DNA from: Camelus dromedarius
Taxonomy: Eukaryota
Direction: 5' to 3'
Assembly (NCBI RefSeq): GCF_036321535.1
Contig: NC_087436.1
Span: 95,854,001-95,918,000, forward strand
Length of the DNA stretch: 64,000 nt
Shown piece after piece: positions 13,372 through 25,600 of the stretch (position 1 is its first letter; the number at the start of each line of letters is the position of its first letter). The notes under the pieces are model-generated. The model did not search any database and was not told the origin of the DNA. It worked only from the letters and a program-made list of their open reading frames with translations. Made by a program: the position numbers and the translations under genes.

Positions 13372-13850
13372 TGGGTATATTCATTATCTATTGCTGCATA
13401 ACAAATTACCTCAAAACTAAGAATCTGAAAGCAGTTTCTGTGGGTCAAAAATCCAGGAGCATCTTAGCTGGTGTCTCTGGCTGAAGGTCTGTTAGCTGGG
13501 CTCCCGTTGTTTCAAGACGGGGCTGGCACTGAATGATCCACTTTAAAGTTCACAAACACAGTTGTTCCCAGAATTCAGTTCCTTGCAGGCTGCTAGACTC
13601 ATAGCCTCAGTTTCGTGCTGCAACATGTAGTTCTTCCCATAGGGCTGCTCACAAAAGGGGAGCTTGCATCCCCCAGCACAAGTGACCCATCAAAGAACAC
13701 GTGTCCAGGGAGGTCAGTTGTTTTATAAACTAATCTCAGAAGGGACATCCCAAGACTTCTGCTGTTTTTTATTCGTTAAAATCAAGGAAATAAATCTAGT
13801 CTACCTATAAGGCAAGGGGATTACACAAGGCATTAATACCAAGAGAGGAC
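13372..13850 (-). mobile_element. MaLR solo LTR (MLT1 family)
   Basis: TATCTATTGCTGCATAACAAATTACCTCAAAACT...TTTCTGTGGGTCA...GGGGATTACACAAGGC is the antisense MLT1 pattern. Confidence 0.8.
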
Positions 13851-13914
13851 CATGGAGGAGGGAGGGGTGTCTTTTTTTCTCTTCCCACATAGGTTGCATG
13901 GGAATAGGATAAAA

Positions 13915-14053
13915 GGGGGGGGGGTAATAGCTCAAGTGGTGGAGTGCGTGCTTATCATGCACTAGGTCCTGGGTTCAATCCCTGGTACCTCCACTAAAAA
14001 TAAATAATAAAATAAATTACCTCTCCCCCAACCCCCACCAAAAAGAAAAAAAA
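13915..14053 (+). mobile_element. tRNA(Ala)-derived SINE, camelid vic-1 type
   Basis: G-run, TAGCTCAAGTGG A-box, GGTTCAATCCC B-box, AT-rich spacer, C-rich block, A tail. TSD unclear. Confidence 0.9.
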
Positions 14054-14321
14054 GATAAAGGCATGGTCAAAGTCAAGAGTGATATCATTCTAATGGAACC
14101 TACCTGGGTAATTGAAAAGGGCCTTCCGAACATCCTAGGGAAGTGCTATTCTTTGATTCTTTTAAGCAGTGATGTTCTCTAAAGAAATTAAGAGATGGAA
14201 AGGGGGAGTGCATTTGCATCCATTTAACCAAATCATTCCCTGTTACCACATCATTCCCCCAAGCAAGCAGAAGAGAAAGAGGCTGAGAGCTCCATTAAAG
14301 TGGGAGCCTTTGTGGCCCTAT

Positions 14322-14492
14322 CAGCCTTGCTACTTTAAGTGTGGTCCATGGACCGGCTGCCTCACATCACCTGGCAATTTGGCAGAAATGCAGACTCTCA
14401 GACCCTGCCCTAATCCCCCCTTAGGGAGTTAGAACCTTCATTTTACCATGACTCCAGGTGGCCAGGATGCACACAAAGTTTGAAATGCACTA
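14322..14492. mobile_element. MER5A-like hAT-Charlie MITE
   Basis: AAGTGTGGTCCATGGACC...AGAAATGCAGACTCTCAG...AAAGTTTGAAATGCACT. Confidence 0.75.
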
Positions 14493-15861
14493 GTATATAA
14501 GATTCATTGACACTGGCCTTCAAATAGTGTTACTGACCAACGGCCCCTTGAGAGAACAACAAAAACTGTCCTTCCTCCTTGTAATGGTGTGATCCAGCTC
14601 AGCAGAGGAAAAGCTAGAGAGCCACGAGGAAGCAACATTGTTTCTATGGGAGCGGATAAGCAGCTGAGGACCAGGAGGGACAGCTAGACAGGTAACAAAC
14701 ATCATCGTACACCACCGCTCCAGTCCCCAGTCCGAGTCCTATGAAAATGCCCAGGACTGAGAGGCGACTCCATGGAAAGGAGGAGGGGAACCCGAAATTG
14801 ATGGAAGAAACCTGAATTACCTCCAACTGACTGAGATAAATTTTCTTCTTTGGCAGAAAGTAGGGAGGCAAAAAAAGAGAAATATTACCTTAAGTTTAGA
14901 ATGAAAATTGCACTTCTTGCAAAAAAAAAAAAATTTAACTCAGACCAAATCCTGAGTATAACAGTTATAAAGTGTGCGGGCAGGTGAAATAGAGACAGCC
15001 TCACTTCATTGTTTAAACCTGGATCCAGTTCTCCATGTATATATACATCTGGGTGGCGTCTCCTGCAGATCCTGATTTGAATTTGCCTAAACCGTACATG
15101 CCTTTTAGGCTCAGAGAGGTCTCTGTCTGCTCCAGGTCTTTCTGCCCGATCCAAGGCTGGGCAGAATCACTCATTTCCTGGGAACGTAAGGACTTTTCCA
15201 GTGGGTGGACTTGATACGTGTGGGGCTCTAACACCAAATATTTTAAGAAATATACATGAAAGATCTTAATTTCCTGCCAACAAGTAGCTTGCCAACAGAA
15301 ACTATTACAATCTGGAAGTTCATTAAAGGGAACTTTAATCCAATGGAGCCCACATTCAAAACAATTTCCCTTAAAATACTACATCTCCCATCTGAAAAAT
15401 GTATCTTTCTCCAAGAAACTGTATATTCCCCCAGGGAAGAGCTGTATGTAGAGAGGGCATGGTAATTCTTAATAGCTCCCTGGTGAGTCCCTTTCAGCCA
15501 GCATTGGGAACATTTATTGACGGAATAATCATTGCTCAAAGATGCTGATGGTTCCCAGCCCTGATTGTCTATCAGAGTTACCTGTGATGCTAAGGCTGGT
15601 GGGTGAGGAAGGAGGGCAGATGATTTGGCTGGTCTGGGGCAGGGTCCAATTCTTAGAGACCTCAAAGGGCAGGTGGGTCATATAAAGGTGTGAAGAGGGC
15701 CAAGTGAGACCATAAGGAATGAATGAACTGTGGCATCTTGGAGGACGTGTGCTCAATTATTAAAATATTCCATCCAGCCAAGCAAAATGTGTGAGCCAAA
15801 TGAATTCAGCAAGAGAGGTATTATTGGTGTTGATCTCTGGATTTACTTAAAGCTTGGAGGA

Positions 15862-15893
<32 letters not shown>

Positions 15894-16480
15894 TTCTGAT
15901 TATCAGCCAGGATTGAGAACCATTTCTATAGTTCTGGATCCCTTGTTAAAAAAAAAAAAAAAAAGGGATACAGTTGCTTTGTGGAGAGCAACAGGTTATC
16001 CAAATAAGACTGCATCCAAATAGGATGTACAGAAAATCCAAGACTACTCTCTAAGTACCTTTAAAAGGAAGCTTTAATGTTTCACCATCTCAGTTTTCCT
16101 GAGACATCAAGAGAGGACTAAAAAGAGGGAGGCAAACCAAGAACTGGAAGAATTGCTCATCTACTAAGCCTGACCATAACTCCCCAGATAAACCCGACAC
16201 TCCTGTCCTACTCATCTTCCATGTTTCTCCTTTGAGGAGGAGAAAGGGGCAAGGACAGAAAAGCCTCCTGAGAGTTCAGGAGGAGATGCTGACAGGCTGC
16301 TCTCCATGAGCTCAGATGTGGAGGGCGCCGAGGTAGGACGTATGCAACAGCACGACCTCACTCTGTAACCTGTTCCTCTCACCACAAGACCTGGTTAAAA
16401 ATAGAGCCATTGTAATACCAACTGGACAAGGAAACTCAGCTTGGCTTCAAGTGAATCAGAACCATTTGGCACTTGGCAAC

Positions 16481-17302
16481 TATGACTCTGACACCAGTTA
16501 CAATGTGTTTTGTATTTTCCGCCACATCGCCATGTTATTCTGGGATACTAGCTGAGTGTCCTACAGTTCAACTGAATTCTGACACTATCTCCAGGTGGAT
16601 TGTGTCAGATCCCACAGGTTAAGGGCTTAGTCCTACAAGACTGTCCCCTCCCCACCCCATCACCATGCCAACTTCACACACCAATTGCAAGTCCAGGTTG
16701 TCACTTATGCTCCCAATAACTAGCTATGAATCGGAGGTTCCAACAGCACCCTCCTTGGGTTCAATTAATTTGCTAGAGTGACTCACAGAACTCAGGGAAA
16801 CATTCTGCTTACTGGTTTATTATAAAAGGATACAACTCAGGAACAGTCAAATGAAAGAGATGCATAGGGCAAGGTATGGGGAAAGGCAGCAGAGCTTCCA
16901 TGCTCTTTCTGGGCACGCCACTGTCCCCAAATCTGCACCTGTTTACCAACCCAGAAACTCTCCAAACCTCATCCTTTTGGGTATTTACAGAGGCTTCATT
17001 ACGTAGGTATAATTGTTTACATCACTGGCCTTCAGCGACTGAGCTCAAACTCCAGCCCCTCTCCCTTCCCCAGAGTTCAGGAGGTGGGACTGAAAGTTTC
17101 AACCTTCTAATCACAAGGTTGGTTCCCTTGGCAACCAACCTCCATCCTAAAGTGACCTAGGGGCTTTCCAAAGGTCACCGTATTAACATAACAAAAGACA
17201 CCTTTATCCCTCTCTTCACAGGAAATTCCAAAGCTTTGGAAGCTCTGTGCCAGAAAGGGAAACAAAGACCAAAAATTTCTTACTGTAAATCGCAATATCG
17301 CA
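16481..17302 (-). mobile_element. ERVL-class solo LTR (MER21 family)
   Basis: AATTCTGACACTATCT...TCAGATCCCACAGGTTAAGGGCT...AATATCGCA end. 5-bp TSD GCAAC at 16476-16480 and 17303-17307. Confidence 0.88.
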
Positions 17303-17829
17303 GCAACTGATCAAGAATTTATTCAGTTCGCGAATATTCATTAGCACCTATTGTGTAAAGCAACATGTGTCCTAGCAAGGAATAGCAAAGGTGATCAAAC
17401 CTGAAGCCTGCCTAGATTAGACCTAGAGGGTAGCAGGGAAGAGTGTAAAATGCCAAGGGAAAGGCCCAGGTGAAGCTCCACGGAGTCCCAAAGGAACGAA
17501 AGATAACTTAAGGCTACAAACGAAGAACCAGCATCCTGGCTGGAAGACAACAGGACTCTTACAGATGGTGATGAGGGAGTGAGCTTTCCAGGAAGGACCA
17601 GCTGGCAGGATTGAAGGATTGATGCTCACCTCTGGATATCAACCCTTACTAGGGCAGATAGGATAGAAATCAGAGCTCACATTGCAGAGAGAGCATTTTA
17701 GTAAATGGTAGTTTGCAGGTGTGCAGGCATCTCTCACTGGCATTAAAGTTTGTTTCCAGAAAAAATATTTGCTAAGGATACTATCAAATCCAAAAAAAAA
17801 AGTCATGGGAAAAAAAAAAATCCCTCTGT

Positions 17830-18308
17830 AGAAATTGGAAACATTATGTCTATGAAAAATTTATACATGAATGTTCACAGTAGCATTATTCATAATGGCT
17901 AAAAAGTGGAAACAACCCAAATGTCCTTCGACTGATGAATGGATAGTGTACCCACACAGCAGAATATTATTTGGTCATAAAAAGTGATAAGCTACCGAGG
18001 CATGTTACAACATAAATGGACCTTGAAAACATTATGCTAAGTGAAAGAAGCCAGACATAAAAAACTATATAGTATATGACTCTGTTTATAAAAAATATCC
18101 AAAATCCATAGAAACAGAAAATAGATTTGTGGCTTCCAGGGACTAGAGGGAGGGAAAAAATGGGGAGTGACTGTTAATGAGTATGACATTTCTTTTTGAG
18201 GTGATGAAAATACTTTGGAATTAGATAGTAGTGATGTGATGGTTACACAAATTGATGAATACACTAAAACCCAAATTTCATAGTATGTGAATTATAACTC
18301 AGTTTTTA
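17830..18308 (+). mobile_element. LINE-1 3'UTR fragment (L1MB-like)
   Basis: TAGCATTATTCATAATGGCTAAAAAGTGGAAACAACCCAAATGTCC...AAAACATTATGCTAAGTGAAAGAAGCCAGAC. Confidence 0.88.
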
Positions 18309-18329
18309 AATGATGATGGTTTAATGACT

Positions 18330-18472
18330 TTAGATAAATTAATTCCCTGAACCTGTGTAATAATGGAACCCACACTTCAAGGGTCTAGTTTTAAAATGAA
18401 ATGGGATGCATATAAAGCAGCCAGCCTGAGTCCTTTTACATTGTAGGTGCTCAGGAAATGTTAGCTGATGTT
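18330..18472 (+). mobile_element. MIR SINE fragment
   Basis: TAGATAAATTAATTCCCTGAACCT...GTAGGTGCTCAGGAAATGTTAGCT. Confidence 0.5.
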
Positions 18473-18537
18473 AGCAGTAGCAGTAGTAGAGATGGTGGTG
18501 GTAGTAGTGGTAGTAGTAGTAGTAGTAGTAGTAGTAG
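18473..18537. repeat. (AGT)n microsatellite, left part
   Basis: Direct tandem AGT/GGT repeats. Confidence 0.95.
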
Positions 18538-19127
18538 AAGACAGGAGGGAAGGAGGCAGGGCACAACTGTTAAAAGAACAGCACAGCAGTTGAGTATAGG
18601 TTAACTGGTTAGAACCAAGATGGCAGAGGATTCGGCTTCCAATAGACCCTGAGCCTCATGGCACACCCAAGGGTGCCATGACGTTTCCTAGGCTGACGGA
18701 AAAAGGCCAAAAAGTGACGGTGGCCCAATTTCTGAAAATCCCAGCCCTTCCCTAACATAGTTGGACTAGTCCTCGCACTTGTTAGCATGTGAAATTACCT
18801 GGCCCATAAAAACTAACCACCCCCACACCTCATGACCAATCTCTCTTCTGAGTGAAAGGACCACACTTTGTCTATGGAGTGTGTATCTACTTTTACTTTA
18901 AACTAAACACCCCCACACCTCATGGCCTCTCTCCCTTGCCTTTCGAGAGGGCCCACACTCTGTTTATGGAGTACCTCTCTAAATAAACTTGCTTTCACTT
19001 TACTGTGGTCTGCTCTTGAATTCTTTTCTGCAGGAAGCCAAGGACCCTTACTTGGCCAGGCACGTCCCAGGGACTCTCCTGAGACCTGGGACATGACCAT
19101 CCCCTTGCACCCCATTTTCCTGCAACA
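18536..19127 (+). mobile_element. ERV1-class solo LTR, artiodactyl MER41-like
   Basis: Starts AGACAGGAGGGAAGGAGGCAGGGCACAAC. Has CAAGATGGC (YY1-like) at 18616, an internal ~90-bp duplication, AATAAA at 18982, and ends ...CCTGCAACA. Confidence 0.8.
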
Positions 19128-19356
19128 GTAGTAGTAGATGTAGTAGTAGTAGAAGTAGTAGTAGAAGTAGTAGTAGAAGTAGTAGTAGTAGAAGTAGTCA
19201 TAGTAGTAGTAGAAGTAGTAGTAGTAGAAGAAGTAGTAGTAGTAGAAATAATAGTAGCAGGAGTAGTAGTAGGAATAGTAGTAGTAGAAGTAGTAGAAAT
19301 AATAGTACTAGAAGTAGTAGAAGTAGTAGTAGTAGTTGTAGATGTAGACGTAGACT

Positions 19357-19401
<45 letters not shown>

Positions 19402-19446
19402 ACGTAGTAGTAGTAGTAGAAGAAACTTCAGCAGCAGCAGTAGCAG
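19128..19446. repeat. Long compound (AGT)n / (AGTAGTAGA)n microsatellite
   Basis: ~320 bp of AGT units interspersed with AGA, AAT and GAC variants. Confidence 0.97.
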
Positions 19447-19474
19447 TGGTTGTTGTCGGCTAATGATGGGTATG

Positions 19475-20002
19475 TGGGATGGTTAATTTTAATGATGTCC
19501 AGATAGCTGATAAACATTATTTCTGGGTGTATCTGTGAAGGGGTCTCTGGAAGACATTAGCATTTGAATTGGTAGACCGAGTAGAGAAGATGCCCTCATC
19601 AATGTGGTTGGTTGGGTGGACATTATCCAATCCACTGAGGTCCTGAATAGAACAAAAAGGTGGAAGAGAGGAGAATTCCCCCCACCCCCCCTCTCTCTTT
19701 GCTTGAGCTGAGACACCCATCTTCTCCTGCCTTCAGTCATCAGTGCTCCTGGTTCTCAGGCCTTTGGACTCATACCAGGACTTAAATCATCAGCAAACCC
19801 CCTATGTCCCTGACCCCCCCCCCCAATTATCAAGCCTTCAGACTTGTACTGAAATACACCACTTTCCTGGTTCTCCAGGTTGAAGATGGCAGATCGTGGG
19901 ACTTCCCGGTCTCCGTAACCAAATGAGCTAATTCCTATAATAAATCTTTTTATATATATATATATGTAGTAGAAGTAGTAGAAGTAGTAGAAGTAGTAGT
20001 AT

Positions 20003-20033
<31 letters not shown>

Positions 20034-20076
20034 TATTCTATTGGTTCTGTTACTCTGGAGAACACTGACTAATACA
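19475..20076 (+). mobile_element. ERVL solo LTR (MLT2B-like) with internal microsatellite
   Basis: TGGGATGGTTAATTTT...TATTGGTTCTGTTACTCTGGAGAACACTGACTAATACA. 5-bp TSD GTATG at 19470-19474 and 20077-20081. Confidence 0.92.
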
Positions 20077-21779
20077 GTATGATATGTTATAAATACAGAA
20101 ATAAAACATGGGCAGGAGATCTCAAGTTCATGGCTGTTCATAGACAGGACAAACAGTTGAGAGCAAAGAAGAGATTGTGTGTTAGCCAAAACTAATTCTG
20201 GGGTGGGTGGGCCCCCCTGGACATCTCTCAGTACTTTCCTCTCCCTTTTTACGAGTTGCTATGTCTAGCAGGGTGTCTGTGCTCCATGTGTTACTTTCAC
20301 TCTAGAAGCTGCGCCACAAATCATCCAAGTTTCTCTGCTAAATGCCTATCATTCTGGGCAGAGACTTGGTGTGCAACAGAAACACTAGCCTCTCACACTT
20401 TCAGACAGTTCCTCCTTAAGAAATGGATCCTGCTCAGTCACACGACTCAGCTCACTTTTCTCTTCCCCACACATCCTCTCTCGTTCCCGGTCCACTTCTC
20501 TTGCTTTCTCTCAAGCACACACACGTACTCACATTTTAAATCATGCTAAACTCAAAACGGAGTCTTTAGGTGGCAAGACTGGGTATTTGAAGACCAGCTT
20601 CAGAGCAAAGGATGCTCAATAAATTGGTGCATGAGTGAAAGAAAGTACAGGAGGAGGGTGGGAGGACACATTTTATGAAGATTTATTTGGAGGTAGACAA
20701 TAAGTTCAGGGGATTAACTGAAGAACATTCTACTTTGATAGACCCGTGTCAATGTTTAAATTAAGGTCTCTAATTTTATGTTTTGGTTTTGTGCATCAAG
20801 TTGTAGTCTCTCGTTAGCCAGAATAACAGCAAATACATTTAATAAGAACATTTTAAGTGGCTCCAGCCACCTTCACTACATTGCAAAATTAAAAGCTGGC
20901 TGTTAAGCCCAGCTAGAACAGGACTCCACAGTGTAAAAAGGGAGCCACTGAACTTGTAACTCTAGAGGGAACCGGACAGTAACAAATCCCAAGAATAAAG
21001 TCCACACCAGTTTGGGGATGCCTTTTTTCTCTCTGCACTCAGCAGTCTTGTTAAAACAGAAATTTACTTTATGATGCAGCTTTTTCTCTTCCTTAGAAAT
21101 AACAATCAATTCATTTCCGTACTTGTGACATTTTGAAACCAGCTAAATCGATATATTTTGCTATTTAAGTAACTGTTCCCTTCTCAATATTTTGCTTAAT
21201 ATGTATAGTAACTGTGTTCACTTTTTAGCTGGTAAGATATTCCAAAAATAGAAACTGTGTTTTCCTATTTTTAGCTCAGTCTATAAAGTTTAAGCAAATA
21301 ATCTTTCCAAAGTGCGGCACACACATGTTTCAAATTCGTGGAAAAACCCAGCGGCAATGAGCTCATAAAAGAAAACAGTGAAAATCTGGAGTCAAAAGAT
21401 TTTGATATCCTCACCCTGTGCTATACCTAAACATAGATGCTCAGCTTTAAACTCAGACATTTTAATTATACTTTCTAAGGGAAACATGAAAAATACCACT
21501 TTGCATAATATTAATTTCACTGAAAAATAACTTTTTTCCTGCACTGAAGGTTATGTTTCTCTGTAAAAATTAGACTGCAAAATATCAGTTCCTATTTCCT
21601 GGTCAAACCTATGAGTTAATAAAAATCGGACCTAAACTTTCTTTCCCCCTTCTATCCTACCAAATCATAATTTCCTTTTTTTCCCCAAAAAAGTGGCTTA
21701 ATTTACCTTTGATTAGAGTGATTTCCCACTTCTTAAACAGTTTGTTCACTCTCATCTAGTTCTTTAAGTGCATCATGTT

Positions 21780-22350
21780 TCAATCCAGCAAACACACTCC
21801 TTGTTATTTGTTGAAAACTCATGTCCACACAAAAACCTGCACACGGATGTTTACAGCAACTTCATTCATACTTACCAAAACTTGGAAGAAACCAAGATGT
21901 CCTTTAGTAGGTGAATGGATAAATAAACTGTGGTACATCCAGACAATTGAATATTATTCAGTACTGAAAAGAAATGAGTGATCAAGCCATGAAAAGATAT
22001 GGAGAAACCTTAAATGTACATTACTAAGTGAAAGAAGCCAATCTGAAAAGGCTACATACTGTATGATTCTAACTACATATGACATTCTAGAAAAGTCAAA
22101 ACTATGGAGCCAGAAAAAAGATCAGTGATTGCCAGAGGTTGGGGGTGGGAGAGGAAGGATGAGTAGGCAGGGCACCGAGGATTTTTAGGGCAGTGAAAAT
22201 ACTCTGTATGATGCTATAATGATGGATACATTTGTCCAAACCCACAGAATGTACAGTATACCACCACAAGTGAATCCTAATGTAAACTATCGACTTTGGG
22301 TGATAACGATATGTCAATGAGGGTTCATCAATTGTAACAAATGTACTCAT
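21780..22350 (+). mobile_element. LINE-1 3'UTR fragment (L1MC-like)
   Basis: GAAAACTCATGTCCACACAAAAACCTGCACACGGATG...AAGTGAAAGAAGCCAATCTGAAAAGGCTACATACTG. Same family as the 7040-7855 copy. Confidence 0.9.
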
Positions 22351-22354
22351 TGGG

Positions 22355-22600
22355 GATCAGGCATTGTTCTAAGCGTTTACAGCAAGCGAGGTGAGGACCG
22401 CGATTACCCTATTTCAGATGGGGAAACCGAAGAGACAGAACCAGGATTCGGGCTCAAGTCAACTTAACTACTTTACTACACAGCCCTAATTATTATCTGG
22501 AAAATCTCCTGCAAGCTGTTATTTTATTGTTTTTGCACACAAGGAAGCAGAGGTTGAGCAAAGTAAAAATCATTTCCCAAGGTCTTGCCTAGGTAGAGCT
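22355..22600 (-). mobile_element. MIR SINE fragments
   Basis: CAGGCATTGTTCTAAGCG...ATTTCAGATGGGGAAACCGA and AAGGAAGCAGAGGTTGAG...CCCAAGGTC. Confidence 0.55.
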
Positions 22601-23789
22601 GAGGTTCTCCGCAATGCCAGGAAAGCAAGCAGCCCTAAGTGCTACCAACACAGGGCTTCATACTCTACCATTTCAGGGATCTAGTCTGGCCAAGAGCGGC
22701 TCTCAAGAGAGCCACCAGCTTGCAGCCAATAGCAAGCTTTGTCAGGGAAGTAGCTCTGCCTCTCTCCTGGAGCCAGGGGCTGAGCCAGTGCCAGCTGGAC
22801 TACAAGGAGGTGGGCTGGAAATGGCAGCAAATTTTAATGAATCAATGAATGAATGAGAGAAGAAGGGAAGGGAAGGAAGCAAGCTCTCCTTGAGTCTGAG
22901 GCAGCAGGGCCCTTCTCAAGGGGACTGCTGGGCCAGGGGCCAGTAAGAAGGAGACGAGGCTGCAGCAGTCTCCCCACTGAGGCCACGCTGGGAGCTGGCA
23001 AGCCAGACTGACCTGAATCCAGGACAGAGCAGGGGCTGGGCTGCTGGGAGTTGGGGAGGTAGGAGCAGTGGTCCTGCCTGTGAAAAGCTGGCCTGGCTGA
23101 CGGACTGGGGGACCCTGACCGCCCAGTGCCCTGGAAATTCAGCTGGATGGGGTCTGGCCCCTATAAAGCTTAATAAGAACCTAATTCTTGGATTGGATGT
23201 GTCAGTAGGTGTAGGACAAGGTTTCCTTACGTGAAAAACATCACCCTACTCTTCCTCTCCAAAGGGCCACGGCTGGCCAAATCCAAGAAAGGAACACAGA
23301 GGCCCTCTGAGCCAACAAATGCTGCTTTATAGTTTCAAGCCAAGCAGCAGTGATTTCAGGCATCCTACTCTGGCCCACTGTGTGCACAGCAATGGAAGTT
23401 AAGCCACTGAAGTGTCTTTTCATTTATGCAGTCACCTGATGGATATCTGTGGCGCACATTGGCACACCCATCCCCAGGGATGCTACACTAAACACGCCAC
23501 CTGTCCCCAGAGGAAAGCCTTAGGGCCCAGTGGGCCCCTGCAGCAAGTAAACAGGAAACTGTGTGACCAAGTGAGACAGGCTACATGCCAGGAAAGAGAT
23601 GATGCTAGGAAAGCAGCAGAGAAGGCCTGAAACCCAGCATGGGGGCCCTTTAAGACGGGCCCGCAGCAAGTGGGGCTGAAGGGTTTAAGGATGCACCCAA
23701 AGGCCAAGGAGAAATTAGCCACTGGAGGGTAAAAGAGAAGCAAGATGATCCCCAATCTACAAAGGAGCAGAACCTAATCCTGGACTTTT

Positions 23790-24760
23790 TATTGCACACG
23801 GCATTCTTATTTTCTAAGGTGTTTTTTAAAATCATAAAATATTTCACAAAAAATTAAATAGAATAATATGACAGCTATCCAGGGAGTTTCTACCCAGTTT
23901 TAACAGTTTTAAATATTTTGCACATATGTACATATACGTATTTTTTTCTTTTAAGAAGTAAAGTGTCACTACAGAGTTCCCCCTCCAACCCCAGAGGCAA
24001 CCACCATGTGGCACTAAGTGTATCTTTCCCCGTTTGTATATATTATCCCCATAGGTATGAACCACAAACAATACAAAGGCGTTTTTGTGCTTTCAAGTTT
24101 TTTTCCTCCACAGTATCATAGTGTATATATTCTTTTGGCAATTGCTTTTCATATTCAACATTGTGTAATTCTAACTGCTGAATAGTCTCCAATTGTATTA
24201 AGTTGTATGATTATTCCACAGTATAATTATCTCCTCTCTTTTTGATTGGACATTTAGATTTTTTCCCCTCTCTCTCTCTCTCTCTTTTTTTTCTTTCCAC
24301 CATAGCAGCCATACCTTTGCATCCATCTCCTTATGCACATGCCCATGATGTGTGCCCAGAAATGGAGTCGCCGGGTTAAGGGTATTCACATCTTCAGCTG
24401 CACTACAACATGGCCATATTCTGCTGCAGGACCACTGTGCCAGTTTATACTCCCACCCGCAGGCTGACGCCCATTTCCTCACATCCTCACCAATCCTGGT
24501 GCTATCCAGCTCTTACATGTTGCTAATCTAATGAGTGTGATATGTTATCTTCTCACTTTAATCTGCCTTTCCCTGGTTGCTAGTGAGTTTCCCATCTTTT
24601 CCTATGTCACATATGTCAAATGGCTGTCCAGGCTGCCTCCTCTGTAAATTGCCTGTTCACATTGTAGGCCATTTTTCTACTGGGTTGTCATTTTTTTTAA
24701 TCGATTTGAAGAAATCTATTAGATATTCTGGATATTAATTCATACCAATTGTTCTTTGAC
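23790..24760 (-). mobile_element. Old LINE-1 fragment(s) (L1ME-like)
   Basis: GATTGGACATTTAG...CAGTTTATACTCCCACC...CACATCCTCACCAATCCTGG...TAGATATTCTGGATATTAAT. Confidence 0.75.
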
Positions 24761-25364
24761 TTCACAAATATTTAGAAACAATACTATTAAGAGAATCAGT
24801 TAAAAGATGAGTGTAGTCTAGTTAATACACATAACTTCAACCAAATGATTTTTATTGACTTCAGCAGAGGACATGGCTTGTATTTTCATAATGGTTTCCT
24901 ATCCCACGGCCTAGGGCACTATATGCAAACAGATGTTGAAGAGTTCATGTTCGTTGCCAAAGACAGACCTATGCTAAATGATTAATCACTGTCCTGGAGA
25001 TCTTAAAGACCCTCAGAGAAGCTGCAAGCCCTGTGCTGACCAGAGACACACTAAGTCAAAGACCAGGTTGTCATTAGATTTAGGGGGATTATTTAAAAAA
25101 TTTTCTGTTTTGTTCAATTTGTTCACTTTATGTCAGTTTAGAATTTGACTTTTTAATTATCCTTCATAATAATCCTAAAAAAATCAGTAACAATATAATC
25201 ACAAATTATCATAACTATCAACATCCTCATAACTAAATCCACAGAAATATTAGACTGGAAAGTTATCATCCAGCTAAACCTCTTTATAGGTGATGAAATG
25301 TAACTCTAAGAGGCTAAGTAATTTATTCATTGAACAAATATTTATTGCACTTCTGCTGTAACAG

Positions 25365-25600
25365 ATTATCATTTAGGTGCTTACTATGTACCAGACCTTA
25401 AGCTAAGAATTTCATATAAACTTAGACATTAAAAATTTAAACATTAAACATTTAAACAGAAGTTAGACACATTTAGTGTCTCTCACAGCAGCTTTAAGAA
25501 GTAAAATTTTGGAAGTTAAGTAGCTTGCACAAAGTACGTGGCCAATAAGAGGGAGGGGCAGAATTAAGACCCGGGGACTCTGACTCCAGCAATACTACCA
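25365..25600 (-). mobile_element. MIR SINE
   Basis: TGCTTACTATGTACCAGAC...GAAGTTAAGTAGCTTGCACAAAG...TCTGACTCCAG. Confidence 0.55.

Noticed and set aside
13921..13995. tRNA-Ala-like sequences here and at 32730, 48290, 55105, 59290 and 62980
   Set aside because: These are SINE heads: degenerate, followed by SINE tails and mostly flanked by TSDs. Not functional tRNA genes.
14520..15240. Possible processed pseudogene or old LTR
   Set aside because: No recognisable translation in any frame and no clear poly(A) or TSD. Could not be assigned.
18995..19201. Thr/Ser-rich mucin-like ORF
   Set aside because: Translation of the (AGT)n microsatellite running into an LTR.
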